From NCBI RefSeq assembly GCF_000143415.4, contig NW_003314340.1:614161-678160 (forward strand): a stretch of 64,000 nt of DNA, in the 5' to 3' direction. Source of the stretch: Selaginella moellendorffii. Its lineage: Eukaryota; Plantae; Lycopodiophyta. Below, piece by piece: positions 42,301-53,146 of this stretch. The notes beneath the pieces were generated by a model. It was not told the origin of the DNA. It saw only the letters and a list, made by a program, of their open reading frames with translations, and ran no database searches. A program made the translations under genes and the position numbers. Positions within the stretch are counted from its first letter, which is position 1. Every line of letters starts with the position of its first letter.

Positions 42301-44745
42301 TGCCCTTGGAGTCGGAAGCAGGTGACCCACCCGCTATTGCGTTGAAGACCCAGCTGAGCATTTCCCATGCTGCACCTGGAGCTTTCTTTGGATTGGAAAG
42401 CTCCATAGCCGTCTTCAGTTCCTCAGGCACGGGTAAATTGACCTCCCTCAGATCAATTCGATCGGCCTTGTCGAACGAAGCTGGGAAGTCACTCCAGTCC
42501 CACTCTGCTGCAAGACCAATAACAAGGGCGAGTGTGAAGATTCAGACATTCGTCGGTATCTTCTTCTTAGCCATTATCCCATGGATCTCCCGCATCTCCT
42601 TGCCTTTCAACCGAGCCTTCACCTCGTTCAAGGCCTTCCAAAACTTGTGATAGGATTCGGAGTCGTAGATCATATAGTGGACTGAAGATTCCACCTCCGC
42701 AAGTCCCACCATTAAGTCAATGATGGAGCTGACTTCGTCTGCATGAGTGATCTCCTCGTTTGTGAAGTCCATCACATAAAAGATGTTCTTGACCTGCTCA
42801 TCTCCGCGGGAAACGATGCTCCTCCACCTTTGATCCTCATCCGAATTCAAGTATACCCGGTAAGGTTCTCGATAGGCCTCTGCTGCGGGGTCGAGCTGTT
42901 TCTGAAGCCGGCGGTCGACATCACTCTTAATGAAATTTGGATACTGATCCAACTTCTCAGCTTTACTTTTTGTGGCATCCCGCAGCAGATCGATGAACTT
43001 GGGGGCCCCCTTCACGTACTCGTCGATGTCTTCATTTGACAAATCCAGCGCTTCCATCATCTCTTGCGTGGTGTCGATGCTCACCCTCTCCATGGCCACT
43101 TGCTCGAAGATCCAATCCTTCAATAGCGCACGAGCTCTCAGAGTCGTGCATAAGTCCTCGTATGTCACAATATGGCCAGGAGTCATTTTGGTCTTGTTGA
43201 AGACTACCTCACCACGTAGAAGAGCATTAGCCACTGTCAGAAGGTCGTCGTCGTCTAGAGACCGCGAGAAACGCAAGGCGTTGAGCTTCAAATCATTGGG
43301 CTTCCGGCCGTCCTCCACACCTATTGAGTTTAGTAACTCCCCGTCATGGTACCTCCTCAGCACATCTACCCATTTGTCAAAAACAACTTTTGTCGCGAGT
43401 AGAATGTTATGGATGCTGAGTGTGTCATTGACCCCCAGTGTTTTCGAGAGAAGACTCGAGAATTCCTGCAATGGAAATGGTGTGAGGCCACATGCTATGC
43501 CACATGCAACGAGGCGTACTTGCCAGGCATTAGTTGCTAGTGCACGTCCTTGTCCTGGTTTTTGTGGCTTCTTCAGTTGAACCCAGAGCTTCCGTGTTCG
43601 TGCTAATGTCTCGTGCAGACCCGATTTGTAGCACGTTTCTTGCTTGACATTCTGCGCGTGGGAGATGTATATGATAGATCGGAGGGGCGAGTTGCCTTTT
43701 ATTAGACGGACAACTCTTGTCTTGAAGACTTTCTTCACCTCCTCGCCCACCATAATATCCACAACTATCTCTTGCATCGCCAAGCTAGAATGCTGCCCGG
43801 AGACGGCATAGAACCGGATGTTCTGATCGTCCAACACCTTCCTATTGATAAAGTCTGGAAACCTCGTCTCGCCCTTCATTGTTCGGTAGTAGGGGATCAC
43901 GTCTGCGATGTCGGGTGTTACTAGACTTGCCAGTATCTTCTGCTTCAGTTTCTCCACCCACTCATCAGATACTAGCCTGTGGTTGTATTTGCTTTGGATG
44001 TCGATACGGCTCACGTCGATTGTATATACTTTGTTGGAATAGTAACAAGTATTATTATCTGCGACGATTTTTGCTGCCTCTTCTTGCTCTTTCTGCTCTT
44101 TGCGGCTCTTCTTTTTGGTGGGTGTAGTGTTCAAACCCGAGGCAATGGCATCACCGAGTAGCTTCTTTTTTGGAGGAGAGTCGGACGTCGGCTTGAGCTT
44201 GACCACCCTTTTCTGCTTCGGGGTAGTTTTCAGATCGACCTCCTTCCCCTTCGCTTCGCGAACTAGAGGCACTTTCAACGGCTCAATGTTGGAATATAGT
44301 TTTTGAACATCGCCGTAGGTGAGGTCCGTGGATTCCATGTGATCTTCATAGACCCGCAGCGTCTTTGAAATTGTGGGCCTCCCAGACAACCTCTCCCTAG
44401 CTCCCTTTAGGAATTCCTCATAGCCGCTGCCCCCCTCTGGGAAGCCGCTAGGATGTGCAAGGTGGATCTTGAAGGCAGACGCTGTCTCTACCACAAGTGC
44501 CAGTCCATATTCTTGCATGGAACTGCATGGAGTGTCTATCACTTGGATGAGGATCCCCATGCATTCTTTTCTCCCACCATCTGTGTTGTACAGCGTCAGA
44601 TCCTCGCCTTCCATCCCGAAAGTCCAACTGGTGAGCTCCTCCCCCTTTTCTACATCCACATTGACAGTGGCTGGAAGAAGAACGCAATTCCTCGCCTGTT
44701 CAGAAATGCACAACAATTAGAGCTGACAGATGAAAAGCTAGCAGC
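39328..44745 (-). pseudogene. Transposon cargo gene: ParB-like + degenerate DNA-methyltransferase-like + acidic linker + FCP1/NIF-like HAD phosphatase
   Basis: FYAVSGQHS (~43787-43813); CVVEYNCGGLFFRAALLKG (~42243-42298); CIVFDLNGVL, GVWTS, IIDDSP (40190-39328); in-frame stop 42542-42544, frameshift ~40530, stop ~40323; true start unresolved. Confidence 0.7.
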
Positions 44746-46081
44746 TGGAAATAACGTGATGCCACACGCCATTCACCACTGCATCAGATGTCTTGAGGCT
44801 GCATCCTAAGATGGCGTGAGGCTACACACCATCTGTAACCGGACTGCACTCGAGAGCCCAATTGGTGCATGCCAATGTTGCTACTGAATGGCATGTGGCC
44901 TCATGCCATTTTCTACTTGGCCTAAAAGACTTACCATTTGAAGCCGAATGGAGGCGTGACAACCGGACTCGCTGGCGAATGTGCACTGTGTGTGCAGCAG
45001 ATCGTAACAGCAAAGCTACTCTGCCACTTATAGTTGGAGAGTGGCACTGAAATCTCCCGGGACGCCAAGTGGGCTGCGTGTGGGTGGCGGAGTGGGCGGC
45101 GGAGTTGGCGGCGAAGTTACAAACTGGGTGTGTCTTGAAGTGGACGCCGATGCACATGAGCGCGATGCGAGCACGAGTGTGATGCAAGCGCGAGTGGACG
45201 CCGATGCACACGAGAAACCTGTAGAGAAGGTAGATGAGCGCGAATGTGAGCGTGATCGCGAGTGGGAGCGCGATGCGAGCGCGAGTACGAAGCAAAATGC
45301 AAAACCTAACCTCACACGCGCGAAATGTCACGACGGTTGGTAATCTCGCCACATCATCATTCCTCGGACTTGGGCGCCACCATTAATTTCTGGATCGCCG
45401 CACGCATGCATGCATGTGAAATCCAAAAGAAATCCGCAACGTCATCATTCCTCGGACTGCATGCACACGAAATCCAAAAGAAAGATCATGATTGGGATAT
45501 CATTTAATACCCTCGCTATATTTATACCATGCATGATTGGATATTCCAAAGCATCTTGTATTTCCAAAAATGCCAGATGTTCAGCTAAATAAATTGTCAG
45601 AGGATTTGATGTGACGTTCAAGCGTGTGGGCTCATGCAATTTTGATCCCAAAAAATGCACCAAAAAATGCTCGGCATCATCTGGCGTTATCTCTTGAATG
45701 GCGTGGGGTCGCATGCCATTTTCAGGGGCACATAGGAGTATATTCCTAGAATATTATGACATGCGCGAGATTGTTTTGAGTTTTCTGGAGATCCAACCGT
45801 TAGATCACAACTAAATTTTACAGAATGGTATACAATGTCCTTCTTGATGACCCTGCAAAGAAGCATCTCGATCGGACACCACATGAGACCACACGAGCCT
45901 TACAATGTTTCAGGGGCATTTGCCATAGATTCGACCATTATTTTGCTCCAAGATTCTACAGTTTGGTGTGCATTGACCTTTCCATCGACACTGCAAAGGA
46001 ACATCACAATCAGATGCGAGATCACAAGAAACCAACTTCACTAACTCTGGTTTCACCAAGATCTACGTAAGGAGTTATGAA

Positions 46082-49000
46082 ATGAAAGGACCCTCTCTAT
46101 TGAAATGTCTTTATAGTCCTAGGGGCATTGTGACATATCAAAGGATTTTGAATGGTGGGAAGAGAGTTGCAAAAGGGACCCTTGTGTCTATGGATCGGAA
46201 CTTTGTTATACACTGTCAAAGGCTTGGGGAAGGCAATGCTGCTGTATTAGTAGAGATTGTCTTCGATGGGAATGTGGTCGCTATTGAACGAGGAGAGATG
46301 GTCGTCGGGGTAAATGTTGTTGTTGCCTTGAAAAATCTGCAGAAGAAAGCAGATGTTGGGGACAGCGCAAGTGCGACGCATGTTCCCTCCGTGGATCTTA
46401 AGAACCGTGCTACATGGATTCAGGCAAAGGTGTTTCTAAACAACCCCGAGGGGGAGGTGGTAGCTGAGGGCTTAGCCACAGTTGTCGATCCAAGAGATGC
46501 GGTTGCTAATCAAGAATTGGGCTGGGATGATATTGGAGTTGCGATTTTAGAGGTTGTTGACACAGAAGAAAATAGTCTGACTATTGGAAGCATTGTGCGG
46601 TGGAAATTGAGGCATTTAGTGTTTGAGAATGTGAAGGATTCACAATCAAACACCACTACAACTGATGACAGAACATCTCTTCATGGGAAAAGAAAGTACA
46701 CCTTCCTAAAGCGCAGCCAAAGGGATCTGAGCAACGAACCGAAAAAGCAGAAAATGGCGATGGAGGTTCGAATGGTCTCGACAGTTGCTTGTTGCAAGAG
46801 GAGGTGCTGTCAACATGCTTATTGGGATGCTATTAAAGAGGAGAGAGCAAGATACAAGACATTGTCCTGGAAGGTAGCTCGCAATTTTGTGTATGAGGCA
46901 TTACGATCATCTGTTGATGCTTCAGAACATCAGGTGGGGGGCATGGTCTTCCAGAGGGGTTTGGTCTGCATGAAGGCATGGAGAATCATTTATGGAGTCC
47001 CTCGAAGCACATTCTACAGAATCAAAACTGAGTTCGAGGAACAAAGGGTTCAACAGGCAGTCCATGGGAACGACAGTACGCACAAAACCAGGGGTCATGT
47101 TGTATATGGAGAGGCAATCTTCAAGAGGTTTGTCGAGACATGTAGCGAGCAACAACCACATAAAACCCACCTCTTGGAAGATGGAACACGAGACACCCAA
47201 CGAGTTCTCCCTTCCATGTATACCAAGGGGGCCATATTGGAAGATGTGAATCGGGAACTCTAGAGTAATGGCTATAGGAAGCTGAGCCAATCTAGATTTA
47301 GTAGATTGTGGGGCAACAGGTTCAGGGATGTGAGTATAGGAAAGTACTCCAGCTTTTCAAAGTGTGACGAGTGCACTGCTATCAAAATGGCTTTGTCGAA
47401 GAATTCTTGCAGCGCTCAAGAGCGAGAGACGTTGGTTAGAAAGCGGCTCGACCACAACATCGAGCAGAGAAGCTGTAGGACTGCATATTATCATAACAGG
47501 ATTCTCTCCATGGAGAGACTTGACTCTTACCTCTGCATCATCCACGACAAAATGGACCAGAAAAAGACATGCTTACCTCGACTCAATCCTGCCCCCAAGG
47601 CAATCTCTTCATCCATGCAACTGCCTATGTCTCTGTTTGGCATAATCGCTCATGGGCATGGTGCCCAGAACTATGGGAACTTCTTTGTACCTCTATGGGG
47701 TGGCGGGGGTGCAAACATGATGATTGCGTCCCTAGCAAAACACTTAAGGTCTCTGCAAAGTGCGCAGACTGAGCTGAACGGCCAACCCTTGCATAAGGCC
47801 CTTGTCGATCAAACCCCATACAGGGTTCAGCTGGAGGAGGAGCAAAGGCTTGCAGTATCGCGTGGGGCCCCATGCCATCCCAGTGAATATGTTGGCTGTC
47901 AGATTGTAGGGTTATCACATGAGGCCTCATGCCATTCCGACGAGGCTGGTCGCCCGGTGAATGCACAGCCTCATCCAAACGAAGCAGAATCTCAAGGAAG
48001 TTCTTGCGGCCGATGTGGCCTTCCACCCCATCTTCTGCTCCAAATAGACAATGCTGGCAGTGAGAACAAAAACATGTACGTCTTCGCGTACTTGGCAATG
48101 CTTGTTGCCAAAGGCATATTTGAAACGGTTACACTTGGCTTTCTCATGGTTGGGCACACTCATGAAGACGTCGATGCCATGTTCAGTCACCTGGCAGAGT
48201 CCCTCCGGCGATCCAATGTCCTCACCCTCCCACAACTCTACGATGAGTTGCATCAAAGGCACTATTGAAGTTGCACTTGTGACAGAGGTTCCAGACTTTA
48301 AGGGGTTTGTAAGAGGCTACATCAGGGATGGATCCGAAACGCTGATTGGCCACTCCAAGCCTCTTCAGTTTCATTTCAGCATGCGTGACGGTGCTCCAAT
48401 GATGAGGTACAAGATGAGAGAATGGGACACAGTGTGGCTGCCAGTGGATGGCATTGAACTCTTCAAAAGAGATCCCATAACTGGGGAACCTATGATTCCT
48501 TAGGGTTCCCCACGGCCGATGCACCCGGATGGACTCAAAGACCAGGAAAGTATAGTGGCCGGGATTAGATAGCATATTGCCTTCTGGAAGAGGGGGTTGG
48601 TGTTTGGTGGAGAATCCTATTTTAAGAGGTGCAAGCCTTTGCTCGAATACTGGGAGAAGATTATATCTGCTATCCAAAATGGGCCGGTTGTATATGAAGA
48701 ATTGGAAGAGTCCTTTTGGCCAGAACCCAGAGCACCAGATAGTAGCGGAACAATGTCCTCTGGAAATGCAGTGACAGATAACGATGTTGAGGATCACTAT
48801 TGTGGGCCGAGGAACAAGAAGCCGGATTCAGCATTCAATCCAGTACAGGTCTGCAAAGGAATGGTCGTGCTTGTCAGACCCAGTAATAAAAAACAAATGA
48901 TATGGGTGGGGCGTTGCATCACTGATGCAGAGGAGGACGCGGAAACTAACTCCTTCAATGTAACTGTGGAGTGGTTCAAGCCAAGTTCCGGATATACGAA

Positions 49001-49248
49001 GGATTGCCTAGAAAAGAGATGGGTGCTGAATCCAAAGGATCCCAGCATGAGCATACCGGTGAATAATGTTGTGCATGGTTGGATGCGGAAGCAGAGTGCC
49101 ACCATCACCTTGCCAGACCATGCAAGAGATGCAGCAAGAGCATTCATAACCCGGGTTCAAGGTGAGATTCATTAATATTCCTTTACTAAGTTTCTAATGT
49201 ATTTTATTTCAAGGTGAACAATCCGAATCTGAATCAGAGGAGGCATGA
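46082..49248 (+). pseudogene. Sola-like DDD transposase with premature stops and a frameshift
   Basis: FSKCDEC, IIHDKMDQKK, LLLQIDNAGSENKN, FLMVGHTHEDVDAMFS; stops 47261, 48501, ~48568; frameshift ~48250; small last exon 49214-49248. Confidence 0.8.
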
Positions 49249-52200
49249 TGGCATGGCGTGATGGCGTGAGGCGTGAGACGTGACACCAAAAAGGAGGTGT
49301 CCACTAGCGCTTAGGCTTATAATGGCGTGTGCCCTCATGCCATTTACTTGATCACCAAATACCTTTTTCCCTTTGCACTAGTATATCTTAATACCGGTCT
49401 GAGAAATAGAATGGCATGTGCCCTCAGGCTTTTTACTAAATCACCTTTGAAAGAAATGCAAGCCTCTATGTCGTAAAAAAAAGGTACTAGAGAAATTCCT
49501 TAATAATATGAATGTTATTTAGTTTCATGAAAATAAACTAAGGGTCAAATGAGTTAAATGACTTCTCCAGACTAGCAATGCCTCTTGCTACACCTTCACA
49601 ATTAGATTCGTTAGAAAAAGATAACATTGAATAATATCTAAATGTTCTCACCATTAAGTTATATGTCTGGCTAATAGGAATGACGTTCATCTTGGAAAGC
49701 TTACCACACGCTCAATGAATAAACAAATAGTGTGTGCGCGCATGCCATCGCTCTTCTTTAGCTTCAGATTCGGCTTGTTCACCTTGACAATGAGATTTAT
49801 TATACAACCAGATGGACTCAGTCTGGACACAAAGTCACCGCGCTAGTCACCATGCCCCAGATATGTCTAGCCCCTGGACAAAAAACATATAATTTCACGT
49901 CATTTTCAAATACTTGAAAATTTGTACCTAGTCCCATTTTACTGAATAAATCCCACTTTAACGAAATAGAGCTTACCTGCTGTTTTAACTATATACTCTT
50001 TTGCAAGCGCAATCATGTATTTTATAGAGAGAATCTCACACTCAAACATTTGAGCCAAGCTTATTTTACCCTGCTTCTACTTAAAGACGGTACTAATAAA
50101 TTTAATTACCTTACTTTTTCTTGCTAGCCTCCTATGCATCTCTGTGGGAATAATGTTAGTTTTGTCACTCATGTCTCTAACTTTCCTCTCAAAATTAAAA
50201 TTAGATTTCTTAAGGTTTTCAATTTCAATTAAGGTGAGCACAACTTTATTAGCAACCAACCATTCTTTATGTATTACATCAGGTTTAGTCATTATAGTGT
50301 CTTTGCTTCATATGATTGGCATCGGTATTGCAACAATACAACTGGCACCATCTAAAAAATCTTGCTTGCTTTTGTTTCTTATAGAAATATGGGGTTGGAA
50401 CAAAAGCAAATTTGTCACCATGAATCTAGGTATAACACTTGCCCTTCAAAAACATCTCCACACACGTTACATTAGATTTTGCTAGCACTTGGTAGATTGC
50501 CCATTGCCTTGGCTCTACACTACAGTAAATGATTTCAATCTGTTGTGATGCACTCTCTTCATCAGCCATTTGAGGTGGCTCAATCTAAGGGTAGTGTTTT
50601 AGAACAAAATGGTATTTAGCATTAGGTCTATGAGAGCTTTTCGCTCTAAGGTCCGTGCTAACATCTTCACAAGCAAAGAAAAAATGTCATTTTGAGCAAT
50701 AGTCTTTATATCACCAATAGAAACCTTGGGAGTGTACTTCATAGATGTGCCATAGACCACTTCCTTAACTATAATTGCTATTATTTGGGTATGTGGAGTC
50801 AATTTTCTCATCATTTTATCATATCACATCTCAACAAAAGGCATTGTTCCCATATATCTTTATTTCTCGAATGCCAACACTTTTGAAGATTGTTTTATAC
50901 TACATATTAAATTTGATAAACAAGCTTTGTATAGACTCAATTTCCCTTTCCCTACCTTAGAAGAATGCTAATTTAGTGTTTACTTTAGGAGAAATTCACA
51001 ATTAAAGTGTATGTGAGGTCCTCAAGTGGTTGATCCTAATAGAAAATGTAATATTAAAAGGCAAAAAAATAAGAAGAAAAAATAAAAACTAGCTTGAAGA
51101 GAATGATGTCCTTATTGGAACATTTTAAATTCCCACCACCCTAACCATAACTCAAATTGTAGTAGACAATTTATGTTTGTATGGCTATCATCATGCCATT
51201 ACATTTAAATCTCATTTACTTTTGCCTCATGCTCTTTTTTAGAAAGTGCAGCTTGCTATTATTTGGACAACTCCTTAAACATTAATTGAATTTTTAGTTT
51301 GATAAAATGATAGTGATGATTTAGATTATGAGCCAAATGGAATTCACAAGTCCACTCATGACTTTCTAATGGCTGACCATTCCCAAAAATTGCTAGAATA
51401 CCATTTCAATTTGCATTAGCCTCATTTACCATAAAATTGCAAAAGTTTGCAGACTTATTAGTTCTCTTTCGTACATTATCAGAGAGGGACTTCCAAAATA
51501 TTTTTTAGGCTATTTGGTCTTATACTTTAAACTCTACTATCACAATTGTCAAGTTATAATATAGCCTATGAAAACACAAATATTACAACTATTTCAATAT
51601 AATGAGAATAAAAATTACTTTAGATCATATACATAAGCTCCCATGGTTATTCAACCTGATATGCACTTTATATAGTCAAAATGTACCCATGTATTTGCAA
51701 CATTACTAAACTTAAACATGTCCATTCAGGAGACAAGATCTACACCAAAGGCAAAGCATATTGTAGACATTTTAAAGATGAATAGACACTCCTACTCATT
51801 CATAACTTAGTCTGGAAACAAACTTTCGTAGATAAACTTGTATGGACAAGTCTGTTTTAGTTCAAGGATGGAGTCAATTTTTTATTACAACTTCCCCTCT
51901 CAAAATTCACATATCCAAGATTTTATCCTAAATAATATAATATATATAAAACAATATTATTGTAATGTATGAAATACAATGGATGTACCTCCTTAGGCTA
52001 GTAGCAAATTACACTCTTCGTAATAAATTCCACAAGCTAGCCTTGTTTAATTGAATCTTTTGGCAACCCAAATTGAGTAAGGTGTTTATGATAAAATCCT
52101 TAAGGACGGTCTTCTGAATATGCTTTGGAGTTGCAGATGAGTTTTTCATTGTCTCTTTCTACACAACATCTTTGAAATGGTTGAAAGAATTTCTTTATAT

Positions 52201-52554
52201 CCTTTCTTGCATTGGATACATATGTGTGCCAACATGCACTACAACTCTTCTAGCCACTCCATCTTGTGGAAGAAAGTAGTATATCTTAATGTTATAGATA
52301 ATATGACATAAAGGAGTGTTTTTGAAAAATTGATACTTAAATCCAATAGCAATAGTGTTTTAAGCAGAAGGATTGATTGTAAACCCTTCAAAAAATATAT
52401 AATTTCTATAATGATCTTGATTGTATGCTTTATCCACATAATCTAAATGTCTACCACAATGAACTATAGACAATGTGCCTTCAAAATGTTGGAAGTGTGT
52501 GGTCTTGATTTTGCACCAATTGTACAATGACTCGAGTTTTAATTATGAACACTA

Positions 52555-53146
52555 TATAAGCAACTAAAGAGAACAACTCGAGAGACAATCCGTTGGGGTT
52601 CAAATATAGAAGGAAAAAGCCCATGAACAAGAGTGCACCCCCTTTTCCAATTAGTTAAGGGTCTTGGGATATTTAAGGTTAAGTGTCCTTGGGTTTGAAT
52701 AGTATTGGGCTAGGTGACCTTCTGGGAAGTTTAAATTCAAGAGCTTTCATTTGGTATCAGAGGCGTCTTGGGTTCAACTCTATTGATTGGCTAAGGGAAT
52801 CACACCACAAGTTGATTGACATTTGGTTGGTTCAGTTTGCTCCTGCTAGGCTTGACCCAAGGGGTAAGGTGTCAAGAGAGCGGGGCTCTTAGGAGAGCTG
52901 TAGCTCTCAACTTCCATTCACAAGGGTGTGAATTTGTAGGGAAGTGTGGTGGATTGTAAGCAACCAAAGGGAATGACTTGAGATACAATCCGTTGGGGTT
53001 CAACTATAGAGGGAAAGGGCCCATGAACAAGAGTGCACCCAATTGGTTAAGGGTCTTGGGATATTGAGGGTTTTGGGATATTTCCTTGGGTTTGAATAGT
53101 ATTGGGTTAGGTGACTTCTTGGGAAGTCCAAACTCATGAGTTTACA
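52555..53146 (+). mobile_element. Full-length Cassandra-type TRIM (592 bp)
   Basis: LTR1 52555-52749, PBS TGGTATCAGAG, ~200 bp non-coding interior, purine-rich tract, LTR2 52955-53146; TSD CACTA; 5S-like segment in both LTRs. Confidence 0.9.

Larger units (their letters stand above)
39272..49748. repeat. Dispersed 22-bp palindrome family ATGGCRTG-N6-CAYGCCAT (~16 copies)
   Basis: Copies start at 39272, 40349, 40424, 41646, 41837, 41978, 43477, 44751, 44811, 44888, 45698, 47857, 47914, 49322, 49411, 49727; 40424-40445 is a perfect palindrome. Confidence 0.92.
38886..49974 (+). mobile_element. 11.1 kb TIR DNA transposon, Sola-like, carrying a cargo gene
   Basis: Perfect 24-bp TIR AAGCTCTATTTCGTTAAAGTGGGA (38886-38909; inverse 49951-49974); TSD ACCT (38882-38885, 49975-49978); internal DDD-type transposase. 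Confidence 0.88.

Noticed and set aside
38885-49975. Alternative boundary: 25-bp TIR with 2-bp CC duplication
   Set aside because: The 24-bp TIR with 4-bp ACCT duplication is a longer match and fits Sola-type 4-bp TSDs; other copies would settle it
49979-52550. Possible decayed DNA transposon flanking the Sola-like element (also 37860-38880)
   Set aside because: AT-rich with only short ORFs; no termini or convincing transposase motif found
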